A stretch of DNA of 64,000 nt from an uncultured Acidimicrobiaceae bacterium (GTDB taxonomy: Bacteria > Actinomycetota > Acidimicrobiia > Acidimicrobiales > RAAP-2), in contig CAWGOJ010000004.1 in the NCBI GenBank assembly GCA_963824195.1, positions 6,609-70,608 on the forward strand. The letters run 5' to 3'. Positions within the stretch are counted from its first letter, which is position 1. Every line of letters starts with the position of its first letter. Shown here piece after piece: positions 10,330 through 18,768 of this stretch. Under the pieces are notes generated by a model that ran no database searches, was not told the DNA's origin, and saw only the letters and a list, made by a program, of their open reading frames with translations. A program made the translations under genes and the position numbers.

Positions 10330-10574
10330 CCGTCGCCGACGACGCCATGGCGAGCATGGCCGAGCGCCTCGAGGGCATCGTCGAAGAGCTGACCGACATG
10401 GCAATCGACGCGCTGCGGCGCGCCAGCTCAGGTGATCCCGACTCGGCGGAGACGGGGGAGGCGCTCGCCATGGAGCGGCGCATCCTCAAGGCCCGCCGGT
10501 CGCTCGAGCGTGCGGTCGCGGCGCTGCACGAGGGCTCGGCCGCGGGGCGTGAGCCCCTCGATGACGGCGCCTGA
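10326..10574 (+). CDS. small acidic/helical hypothetical protein
   Basis: GTG 10326 overlaps the ligase stop (GTGA); ATG 10347 is an alternative start. The sequence ...[63 protein letters not shown] looks protein-like rather than off-frame. No family was recognised. Confidence 0.45.
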   Translation: MTVADDAMASMAERLEGIVEELTDMAIDALRRASSGDPDSAETGEALAMERRILKARRSLERAVAALHEGSAAGREPLDDGA

Positions 10575-11160
10575 GCCCCGCGCCACGATGCGCACGTTCG
10601 TGGCGGCCTGGCCCGACGACGCCGCGCGCGAGCGCCTGGACGCTCTGGACCTCGGGCGGGCGAAGAACCTCCGCCTCGTGGGGCCCACACGCTGGCACGT
10701 CACCCTGCGCTTTCTGGGCGACGTGGCCCACGAGGCGCTCGGGCCCCTGGGCGAGGCGCTCGTGGCGGGTGCCGCCGCCTTCCCGGGTCCGGTCGAGTGC
10801 CGCCTCGGGCCGGCGACGGGGTGGTTCACGGGCGTCCGCGTCCTGCAGCTCCCCGCCACCGGCCTCGACGAGCTGGCCTCTGCCGTGCGAAGGGCCACGC
10901 GTGACGCCGTGCCCGAGGCGGGCCAGGACGAGCCGCCCTTCAACGGCCACCTGACGTTGGCCCGCGCCAAGGGCCGGCTCGGCCCCGCGGCGCAGGCCGC
11001 GCTGGACGGGCTCCCCTTCGAGGCCCGCTTCGCGATCGGGCACGTCGACCTGGTGGCCTCCGAGCCGTCACCTCGCGGCCACGTCTACTCCACGCTGGTC
11101 CGGGCGGCCCTCGGCCCCGCGGCCGGGCTCACGCCGGGCGGCCGGTCAGGAACTCCGTGA
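10561..11160 (+). CDS. thpR: RNA 2',3'-cyclic phosphodiesterase (2H phosphoesterase, LigT/ThpR family)
   Basis: Has the two HxT motifs of the 2H superfamily (WHVTLRFLG and GHLTLAR) at the expected spacing. ATG 10561 overlaps the end of the upstream small ORF. Confidence 0.8.
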   Translation: MTAPEPRATMRTFVAAWPDDAARERLDALDLGRAKNLRLVGPTRWHVTLRFLGDVAHEALGPLGEALVAGAAAFPGPVECRLGPATGWFTGVRVLQLPATGLDELASAVRRATRDAVPEAGQDEPPFNGHLTLARAKGRLGPAAQAALDGLPFEARFAIGHVDLVASEPSPRGHVYSTLVRAALGPAAGLTPGGRSGTP

Positions 11161-12667
11161 TGGCCTGAGTCATGGCGGCGGCGGCGGCCTGCTGGAACGA
11201 GGTGGTCACGAGCAACGCGGCGTCGGTGCCGTTGCGCATGTTGCCGCACTCGATCAGGACCTTGGGCACCGTCGTCAGGTTCAGCCCGGCGAGGTCGTTG
11301 CGGGGCTGCAGGCCGTCAACCCCGTCGTAGGTGCTGACCGGCATGGGGGTGCCGGCGGCGAAGGCGTCGCGCATGATCGCGGCGAAGGCCGCCGACGACG
11401 CGATGACTCCGTTGTTCGGCCCGTCGGCCACGGGCTCGAGCACTGCGAAGCCGCGGCCCCCCGCCGGGCCGCCGTCAGCGTGGATGTCGACGGCGACGTC
11501 GGCCTGCGCGTCGTTGATGATGGCCGCCCGCGTGGTGACGCACGGGCCTACGCCCGAATTCGAGGTCCGGGTCATGACCACCCGGGCTCCCTCCGCCTCC
11601 AGATCGGCCTGCAGGTAGGTGGCGACGTTGAAGTTGTACTGCGCCTCCGTGTACCCGCTGTCCGTGGCCGTGCCGGTCGTGTCACACGACTCCGTCCCGG
11701 TGCCGTTGAAGACGGGCTGGTCGATGAAGCCGGGTGCGCTGTAGTTCAGCCCGTTGTGGCCGGGGTCGATGCCGACGACCTTGCCCGCCAGCGGCGCGCC
11801 CGACCCCAAGGCGAGCCAGTACCCGCTGCCGCCGGGGTCGGCCGCCATCCCCACCACCGGTGCGGCCAGTTGCGTCCCCCCGAGCGACCCGAAATAGCGT
11901 GCGTCGCCGTAGCTGAAGACGCCCCCGTCCGAGGCCACGAACCAGTACCCGCCGCCATCGGGCGTGGCCGCCATGCCCACGATGGGCGCGTCGAGGTGGA
12001 TCGACCCGGTCGACCCCGAGAACACGGCGTCGCCGTAGCTGAAGATCCCGCCGTCGGCCGCCACGAGCCAGTAGCCCCCGCCGTCGTGGGTGGCGGCCAT
12101 GCCGACCACGGGGGCGTTCAACGCCGTGGCGCCGGTGGAGCCCGCGAACCGGGCGTCGCCGTAGCTGAAGATCCCGCCGTCACTCGCGACGAGCCAGTAG
12201 CCCCCGCCGTCGTGGGTCACGGCCATCCCCACCACCGGGGCATTGAGGGCGAGCGAGCCGGCCGACCCGAAAAACCCCGCGTTGCCATAGTTGAAGATTC
12301 CTCCGTCGCTCGCCACCAGCCAGTAGCCGCCGCCGCCCGGCACCGCCGCCATGCCGACGATCGGCGCGTTCAGGTGGAGCGCCCCGGCCGACCCGAAGAA
12401 GCCCGCGTTGCCGTAGCTGAAGACGCCGCCGTCACTGGCAACGAGCCAGTAGCCGCCGCCGCCGGGCACCGCCTCCATCGCCACGATGGGCGCGTTGGGG
12501 TTGCTCACGGCGTTGGCGCCGACGCCGGTGGTGCCGAACGGCACCGCCGAGTCGGGCGGGGGAGTGGTGGCCGACGCGGCCGGCGCCCCGAACCCGAGCG
12601 CGACCAGCGCCCCGAGTGGGAGCAACGCAGCCAGGCCACGTCGCAGCAGCGGGCTCACCCGGTGCAC
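11129..12667 (-). CDS. N-acetylmuramoyl-L-alanine amidase (Amidase_3 type) with signal peptide and ~6 N-terminal GYWLVASDGG repeats
   Basis: Has a signal peptide (LLPLGALVALGFGAPAASA), then repeats NAPIVGMAAxPGGGGYWLVASDGGIFSYGxAxFxGSxGxxxL. The C-terminal amidase block is GIDPGHNG...RVVMTRTS...AVDIHADGG...VLIECGNMRN. Confidence 0.85.
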   Translation of the reverse strand: MHRVSPLLRRGLAALLPLGALVALGFGAPAASATTPPPDSAVPFGTTGVGANAVSNPNAPIVAMEAVPGGGGYWLVASDGGVFSYGNAGFFGSAGALHLNAPIVGMAAVPGGGGYWLVASDGGIFNYGNAGFFGSAGSLALNAPVVGMAVTHDGGGYWLVASDGGIFSYGDARFAGSTGATALNAPVVGMAATHDGGGYWLVAADGGIFSYGDAVFSGSTGSIHLDAPIVGMAATPDGGGYWFVASDGGVFSYGDARYFGSLGGTQLAAPVVGMAADPGGSGYWLALGSGAPLAGKVVGIDPGHNGLNYSAPGFIDQPVFNGTGTESCDTTGTATDSGYTEAQYNFNVATYLQADLEAEGARVVMTRTSNSGVGPCVTTRAAIINDAQADVAVDIHADGGPAGGRGFAVLEPVADGPNNGVIASSAAFAAIMRDAFAAGTPMPVSTYDGVDGLQPRNDLAGLNLTTVPKVLIECGNMRNGTDAALLVTTSFQQAAAAAMTQAITEFLTGRPA

Positions 12668-13680
12668 TCGTTGATGGCGTCAATGAGCATGCGCAGCCGG
12701 GCGTAGTGCCATCGATCGAAGCGAAGGGCGAGCCGCGGCAGCTCGGGGTGGTCGTTGCGCTCCGGGGGGAACGGGCCGGCGGCGCGGATGCTGCCGCGGA
12801 TGACGATGTCCGCGAAGCGCTTGTTCAGGTCGTCCAGCTCCGCCTTGCTCGGCTGCACCTGGACGCGCAGCACCAGGAGGTCGCCCACCCAGCGGCAGGA
12901 GTGGTAGTTGCGGTAGAAGCCGTGGATCTCCTCACTGGCCTCCTCCATCGTGTTGGTGACCTTGAAGAGGGCGCGGTCCTCGGGTGAGATCCAGCCCGCC
13001 GCGATCGCCTCGTCCTCAATGAAGCGGAGCCACGCGTGCCAATAGGTCCCGCCGGGCGTCTCGATCATCACCACCGGAGCGGGCTCGGCCTTCCCCGTCT
13101 GCAACAGCGTGAGGAGCTCGAAGGCCTCGTCCTGGGTGCCGAAGCCGCCCGGGAGGATGGCGTACGCATGGGACTCCTTGATCAGCATCAGCTTGCGGGT
13201 GAAGAAGTAGCGCATCTCGACCAGCTTGGGGTCCTGCGCGATGAAGGCGTTGGCCTCCCCTTCGTTCGGCAGCCGGATGTTCACGCCAAAGGCGTGGTCC
13301 CGCCCCGCCCCCTCCAGCCCGGCGGCCATGATCCCGGGCCCCGCGCCGGTGACCACCATCCAGTCGGCCGCGGCCAGTCGGGCAGCCAGGTTGCGCGCCA
13401 GGACGTAGACGGGGTCCTCGGGCCGGGTGCGCGCCGAGCCGAACATCGTGACCTTGCGGATGTGACGGTAGGGACGGAACACACGGAACGCCTCGGCCAT
13501 TTCGCCCAGCGCGGCGTTGGCGATCTTCAGGTCGCCCACTGCCGTGCCCTCGCGGGCCATGTCGCCCAGCGACCCGATCATGGAGTCGAGCTCCCTGGCC
13601 TGGGGCGGCGAGAGCGAGTGGTTCTCGAAGAGGGCGTTGAACGCGCTCTGACGGGCCGCCTCCTGGGCCTCGTCGCTCAC
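12655..13680 (-). CDS. LOG family (TIGR00730-like, lysine-decarboxylase-like) Rossmann protein with a C-terminal extension
   Basis: LOG motifs are present (VVTGAGPGIMAAGLEGA and ILPGGFGTQDEAFELLTL). The start GTG overlaps the fbiC stop as GTGA on the minus strand (13677-13680). Confidence 0.82.
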   Translation of the reverse strand: MSDEAQEAARQSAFNALFENHSLSPPQARELDSMIGSLGDMAREGTAVGDLKIANAALGEMAEAFRVFRPYRHIRKVTMFGSARTRPEDPVYVLARNLAARLAAADWMVVTGAGPGIMAAGLEGAGRDHAFGVNIRLPNEGEANAFIAQDPKLVEMRYFFTRKLMLIKESHAYAILPGGFGTQDEAFELLTLLQTGKAEPAPVVMIETPGGTYWHAWLRFIEDEAIAAGWISPEDRALFKVTNTMEEASEEIHGFYRNYHSCRWVGDLLVLRVQVQPSKAELDDLNKRFADIVIRGSIRAAGPFPPERNDHPELPRLALRFDRWHYARLRMLIDAINECTG

Positions 13681-15959
13681 GCGCCCGGCGAGGCTCCAGC
13701 CAGCGCGTAGAGCGTCGAGCGCTGCACCAGCGGGCGCCCGAGGGGGGCGACAATGGCCTCCAGTTCCTCGACACCCATGCGCTGGCCGTGCTGCGCGCCG
13801 GCAGCCCGCGAGATGTTCTCGTCCATCAGCGTCCCGCCCAGGTCGTTGACGCCCGCCTGCAGCACCTGGCGTGCCCCCTCGGCGCCCATCTTGACCCAGC
13901 TGACCTGGATGTTGTCGATGTCACCCGCGTAGGCGATGCGCGCCACGGCGTGCATCAGGAGCGTCTCGCGGAAGGTCGGCCCCCGCCGCGCCTTGCGCTG
14001 GAGGTAGATCGGCGTCGCCATGTGCACGAACGGCAGCGGCACGAACTCCGTGAACCCGCCTGTCTCGCGCTGCAGGGCGCGGGTGACCACCATGTGGCGG
14101 GCCCAGCTGTGCGGATGCTCCACCGAGCCGAACATGATCGTGATGTTCGAGCGCAGACCCACCGAGTGGGCCGTGCGGTGCGCGTCCAGCCATTCGTCGG
14201 TGGAGACCTTGTCGGGGCAGAGGACGGCGCGTACGTCGTCGTCGAGGATCTCGGCCGCCGTCCCCGGCAGCGTCTTGAGGCCCGCCTCCTTCAGCCGCGT
14301 CAGGTACTCGGCCAGCGGCACCTCCGAGCGCCGCGCCCCCTCGGTCACCTCGAGCGCGGTGAAGCCGTGGATGTGGATGGCGGTCGACGCCTCCCGCACG
14401 GCCTCGAGCACGTGCAGGTAGTAGTCCCCGTCGAAACTGGGGTGGATGCCGCCCTGCAGGCACACCTCGGTCGCGCCCTCCGCCTCGGCCTCGGCCACAC
14501 GCCGCGTGATCTCGTCGAGCTCCAGCAGGTACGGCGCGCCGCGCAGGTTCAGCGACAGCGGACCCTTGGAGAACGCGCAGAAGCGGCACTTGAAGGTGCA
14601 GACGTTGGTGTAATTGATGTTGCGGTTCCGGACGAAGGTCACGGCGTCGCCGACCACCTGTCGGCGTAGGTCGTCGGCGACCTCGGCGACCATGCGCACC
14701 TCGGGGCCCCGGGCACCGAAGAGGGTCACGATCTCCGCCGCTCCCACCTCCTGGCCGAGCGCGACTCCGGCCAGCACCTCGGCCACGGCGCCACCCCGCG
14801 TGGGGGCGTGCAGCGGCGCCGGCCCGCCCAGCAGCAGAGGCGGGGGCTCCTCGCCGCCCGAGCACCAGGAGGCGTCGCGGGCCAGCCCCTCCGCGTCGGA
14901 GGCGTCGAGGACCGCGAAGCGCAGCGCGGGGTCCAGCCAGCGCCCGGGGTCGAGTGCGAACGACGGGTAGACGGTCAGCCGCGGCGCGAGGGTGTGCCCG
15001 GCCGCCTCGGTGGCCTCGCGCAGCACGTCGAGCGCCGGCCAGGCCCGCTCGGGGTTCACGTGGTCGGCGGTGACCGGGGACACGCCGCCCCAGTCGTCGA
15101 TTCCCGCCTCGAGCAGCGGGCCGAGCTCGTCGGAGAGGTTCGGGGGGGCCTGGACGTGGACCTCGCGCGGGAGCACCAGGCGCGCCGCCGCAATGGCCCA
15201 CTGCAGGTCCCTGGGCGGGCAGGGCTCGGCCCGCGCCATGGACGTGCCCGGCTTGGGGAGGAAGTTCTGGACGATGACCTCCTGCACATGGCCGTGGCGG
15301 GCGTGCGAGGCAGCGATGGCCCGCAGCGCCGCCAGTTGCCCCGGCCGGTCGTCCCCGATCCCCACCAGGATCCCCGTCGTGAAGGGGATGGCCAGCTCGC
15401 CGGCGGCGTCGAGGGTGGCGAGCCGACGGGCCGGGTCCTTGTCGGGCGCGCCACGGTGCGCGGCCAGGCCCTCGGCCAACGACTCGACCATCATCCCCTG
15501 GCTGGCCGAGACGGCGCGCAGCCGCGCCAGCTCGTCGGGGAACAGCGCGCCGGCGTTGGCGTGGGGGAGCAGGCCGGTCTCCTCGAGGACGAGCCGGCAC
15601 ATGTCGACGAGGTAGTCGACCGTCGATGCGTGGCCGTGCGCGGCCAGCCAGTCCCGCGCCACTGGGTAGCGCAGCTCGGGCCGCTCGCCCAGGGTGAAGA
15701 GCGCCTCGTGGCAGCCCGCGTCGCGTCCCGCCCGGGCCACGGCGAGCACCTCCTCGGGGATGAGGTACGGCGAGTCGAGGCGGGCCGGCGCCTTGGCGAA
15801 GGTGCAGTAGCCGCACCGGTCGCGGCACAGCATGGTGAGCGGGATGAAGACCTTGGGGGAGAAGGTGACCCGCCGGCCGTGCGCCCCGTCGCGCACCGCC
15901 CGGGCCAGCGCGGTCAGTTCGGCGAGCGGCGTGTCGAGGATGTCGGCGTCGGAGAGCAT
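13677..15959 (-). CDS. fbiC: FO synthase, bifunctional CofG/CofH (7,8-didemethyl-8-hydroxy-5-deazariboflavin synthase)
   Basis: Has two radical-SAM halves with cluster motifs CRDRCGYCTF and CTFKCRFCAF. The size and domain order are typical of actinobacterial FbiC. The likely start is ATG 15959 (MLSDADIL); the ORF is open up to 16025. Confidence 0.92.
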   Translation of the reverse strand: MLSDADILDTPLAELTALARAVRDGAHGRRVTFSPKVFIPLTMLCRDRCGYCTFAKAPARLDSPYLIPEEVLAVARAGRDAGCHEALFTLGERPELRYPVARDWLAAHGHASTVDYLVDMCRLVLEETGLLPHANAGALFPDELARLRAVSASQGMMVESLAEGLAAHRGAPDKDPARRLATLDAAGELAIPFTTGILVGIGDDRPGQLAALRAIAASHARHGHVQEVIVQNFLPKPGTSMARAEPCPPRDLQWAIAAARLVLPREVHVQAPPNLSDELGPLLEAGIDDWGGVSPVTADHVNPERAWPALDVLREATEAAGHTLAPRLTVYPSFALDPGRWLDPALRFAVLDASDAEGLARDASWCSGGEEPPPLLLGGPAPLHAPTRGGAVAEVLAGVALGQEVGAAEIVTLFGARGPEVRMVAEVADDLRRQVVGDAVTFVRNRNINYTNVCTFKCRFCAFSKGPLSLNLRGAPYLLELDEITRRVAEAEAEGATEVCLQGGIHPSFDGDYYLHVLEAVREASTAIHIHGFTALEVTEGARRSEVPLAEYLTRLKEAGLKTLPGTAAEILDDDVRAVLCPDKVSTDEWLDAHRTAHSVGLRSNITIMFGSVEHPHSWARHMVVTRALQRETGGFTEFVPLPFVHMATPIYLQRKARRGPTFRETLLMHAVARIAYAGDIDNIQVSWVKMGAEGARQVLQAGVNDLGGTLMDENISRAAGAQHGQRMGVEELEAIVAPLGRPLVQRSTLYALAGASPGA

Positions 15960-15969
15960 TGGGGCCAAT

Positions 15970-16647
15970 CTAGGGGGCTTCGGCGCGGGCCGGGCCGTCC
16001 ACCAGCCGCACCGTCTGCCCGGCATGCACCCGGGCCGCCGGCAGGTCCTCGCCGCGGAGCAGCGCGGCGACCGCAGCCGCCTTGGACGCCCCGGCCACCG
16101 TGAAGACCGCGAGCCGGGCCGAATTGATGGCCGGGAGCGTGAGCGTGAGGCGCGGGTGCGGGTTGTTCCCGGCGGGGTCCTCGGTGGCCAGCACCAGCAC
16201 CGCCGGGCCGGCGTCGAGCGTCGGCGCCCCGGGGAAGAGCGACGCCGTGTGCCCGTCCGGGCCCATCCCGAGGTGGATGAGGTCGATCCCCGGGCCGGTC
16301 ACCAGATCGGACATCGTACGCTGGTAGGCGGCCACGCACTCCTCGACCGGGCCGTCGGTCGGCATGGGCATGAACGACCCCACCGGGCCGACGCGGTCCA
16401 ACAGGGCCTCCCTGATGAGACGCGCGTTGGAGTCCTCGTCGTCGGACGGCACGACGCGCTCGTCACCGACGTAGACGTCCACCAGCGACCAGTCGATCCC
16501 CTCGGCAACCGCCAGGACCTCGTAGCACGCCCGCGCCGTCGGGCCCCCCGAGAGCACGAGCGCGAAGCGGGGCCCGGGGCGCGCCGCGAACGCCCCCACC
16601 ACCACGACGCTGAAAGCGCTTGGGACGTCGTCGACCGGGGTGATCAT
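15970..16647 (-). CDS. pgl: 6-phosphogluconolactonase
   Basis: 225 aa with DevB/Pgl motifs: LSGGPTA, VDVYVGDERVVP, LGMGPDGHTASLFPG, and LTLPAINSARLAVFTVAGASKAAAV. Confidence 0.88.
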   Translation of the reverse strand: MITPVDDVPSAFSVVVVGAFAARPGPRFALVLSGGPTARACYEVLAVAEGIDWSLVDVYVGDERVVPSDDEDSNARLIREALLDRVGPVGSFMPMPTDGPVEECVAAYQRTMSDLVTGPGIDLIHLGMGPDGHTASLFPGAPTLDAGPAVLVLATEDPAGNNPHPRLTLTLPAINSARLAVFTVAGASKAAAVAALLRGEDLPAARVHAGQTVRLVDGPARAEAP

Positions 16648-16651
16648 GCAG

Positions 16652-17590
16652 TCAGGGAGCCGGGGTCTCCGTCTCCAGGCCCTGCTCGCCCGTCTCCAGC
16701 GTCACCGCGTGCCCGCCGAACTGGTTGCGCAGCGCGGCCAGCATCTTGAGCTGCAGCGAGTCCTGGTGCTGGGACGCGAAGCGGGTGAACAGCGACGTGG
16801 AGATCACCGGTGCCGCCACACCGCGGTCGATGGCCTCCTGGGCGGTCCAGCGCCCCTCGCCAGAGTCGACGACCACGCCCTTGATGTCGTCGAACCCCGC
16901 GCCGGGCCGCAACGCACGCTCGGCCAGATCGAGCAGCCAGCTGCGCACCACGGACCCGTAGCGCCAGATGGACGCGATCTCGTGCAGGTCGAGGTCGAAC
17001 TCGTTGGCCGCGCCCATGATCTCGAAGCCCTCGGCGTAGGCCTGCATGAGCCCGTACTCAATCCCGTTGTGCACCATCTTGACGAAATGACCCGCACCGA
17101 CCGGCCCCACGTGCGCGTAGCCGCCCTCCGGTGCCAGCGTCAGCAGGGCGGGCTCGACGACGGCCACGGCCTCCTTGGTGCCCCCCACCATGAGGCAGTA
17201 GCCCTCGGTGAGGCCCCAGACGCCGCCCGAGGTGCCGGCGTCGACGATGCCGACCCCGGTCTTCTCGACCTTCGCCGCGAGGTCCATCCAGTCCTTGTAG
17301 TTCGAGTTGCCCCCGTCGACGATGACGTCGCCCTTGGAGAACAGGCCGGCCAGCTCCTCGGCGGCGTCGTCCGTCACATGGCCGGCCGGGAGCATCAACC
17401 AGGCCGCCTTGGGCGCGGTGAGCTTCCCGGCCAGGTCCTTCAGGGACGTGGCGGTCTCGGCGCCCTTGGCCGCCGCCTGCTTCAACGCGTCCGGGTGCAG
17501 GTCGTAGGCCACCACCTCGTGACCGCCCTTGAGCAGGCGCTCGGTCATGTTGGCGCCCATCTTGCCCAGGCCGATCATCCCGATCCTCAT
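16652..17590 (-). CDS. gnd: 6-phosphogluconate dehydrogenase (decarboxylating), short form
   Basis: 312 aa. Has the N-terminal Rossmann motif MRIGMIGLGKMGANM and the conserved block GAGHFVKMVHNGIEYGLMQAYAEG. Confidence 0.9.
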   Translation of the reverse strand: MRIGMIGLGKMGANMTERLLKGGHEVVAYDLHPDALKQAAAKGAETATSLKDLAGKLTAPKAAWLMLPAGHVTDDAAEELAGLFSKGDVIVDGGNSNYKDWMDLAAKVEKTGVGIVDAGTSGGVWGLTEGYCLMVGGTKEAVAVVEPALLTLAPEGGYAHVGPVGAGHFVKMVHNGIEYGLMQAYAEGFEIMGAANEFDLDLHEIASIWRYGSVVRSWLLDLAERALRPGAGFDDIKGVVVDSGEGRWTAQEAIDRGVAAPVISTSLFTRFASQHQDSLQLKMLAALRNQFGGHAVTLETGEQGLETETPAP

Positions 17591-17618
17591 GCGCGCTCCT
17601 CTCGGTTGCGTTGCCCGG

Positions 17619-18734
17619 TCAGAAGGTAGCGGCTTTGTCGGTCAGCGACTGCAACAGCTCGTCGAACGACTTGGCGAAGGAGTGCACGCCCTCGTCCTCG
17701 AGCGTCTGCTCGACGTCGAGCATGTCGATCCCCGCCGCGCGCAGCCGGTCGAGCGCGGACGCGGCGGCGCCGGGGTCGGCATCGACCGTCCGCTTCAGCG
17801 TCCCGTGGTCCTCGAAGGCCCGCAGGGTCGCCTCGGGCATGGTGTTGACGCTGGCCGGCCCGATGAGGTTGTCCACGTAGAGGAGGTCGGGGTAGCCCGG
17901 GTTCTTCGTCGAGGTCGAGGCCCACAGCGGCCGCTGCACCCGGGCGCCCTTGGTCCGCAGTGCCTCCCAGCGCTCGCCGGCGAAGGTGCGGTGGAAGTGC
18001 TGGTAGGCACTCTGGGCCTGGGCCACCGCGGCGGTGCCCCGCAGGCCGAGCACGGCGGCGTCGCCCCCCTCGCCCCCGGCGAGGGCCTCCAGGCGCCGGT
18101 CGACCTCGGTGTCGACCCGGCTCACGAAAAAGGAGGCCACGCTGGCCACGTGGGCCAGCTCCGCCTCGCGGCCGGCGGCCACCAGCGCCTCGAGGCCGCG
18201 CAGGTAGGCCTCCATGACCTCGTCGTAGCGGTCGAGCCCGAAGATCAGCGTCACGTTGATGCTCCGCCCCTCGCCGATGAGCGTCTCTATCGCCGGGACC
18301 CCCTCGCGGGTGGCCGGCACCTTCACCAGCAGGTTGGGCTGTGCGATGGCGTCGTGGAACCGGCGGGCGTCTCGGACGGTGCCCTCGGTGTCGTGCGCCA
18401 GCGCGGGCGACACCTCGAGGGAGACGAAGCCGTCCTCGCCGTCACTGTCGTCGTAGAGGGGGCGCAGGAGCGCGAGCGCGTCCTGAATGTCGGTCGTGGC
18501 CATCTCCCAGTAGGCGCTCTCGACCGTGTGGTCCTTCATGAGGGCGCGGAACTGGTCGTCGTAGGTCGACTGGTCGGTCATGGCCTTGGCGAAGATGGTC
18601 GGGTTCGACGTGATGCCGCGCACACCCAGGGCGACCAGCTCGGCCAGCGGCCCGTCGTGCAGCCAGTCCCGGCGCAGATTGTCCAGCCAGGGGCTCTGGC
18701 CCCCGATCTCGTAGAGGTCCTGTAGTCGGGTCAT
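17619..18734 (-). CDS. tal: transaldolase (actinobacterial long type)
   Basis: 371 aa with SPWLDNLRRD, GVRGITSNPTIF, the VKVPAT active-site Lys context, and INVTLIF. Confidence 0.92.
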   Translation of the reverse strand: MTRLQDLYEIGGQSPWLDNLRRDWLHDGPLAELVALGVRGITSNPTIFAKAMTDQSTYDDQFRALMKDHTVESAYWEMATTDIQDALALLRPLYDDSDGEDGFVSLEVSPALAHDTEGTVRDARRFHDAIAQPNLLVKVPATREGVPAIETLIGEGRSINVTLIFGLDRYDEVMEAYLRGLEALVAAGREAELAHVASVASFFVSRVDTEVDRRLEALAGGEGGDAAVLGLRGTAAVAQAQSAYQHFHRTFAGERWEALRTKGARVQRPLWASTSTKNPGYPDLLYVDNLIGPASVNTMPEATLRAFEDHGTLKRTVDADPGAAASALDRLRAAGIDMLDVEQTLEDEGVHSFAKSFDELLQSLTDKAATF

Positions 18735-18768
18735 CGGGGCCCCTTTCCTCGTCGCCGGTCGTCGCTGG

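Noticed and set aside
8487-10574. Uninterrupted 695-aa ORF spanning the ligase and the downstream small ORF.
   Set aside because: After residue ~VVA (about 10130) it becomes Arg-rich off-frame sequence, while the true AMP-ligase C-terminus is in the +1 frame and ends at 10329. The tail of the long ORF is a separate small gene in the same frame.
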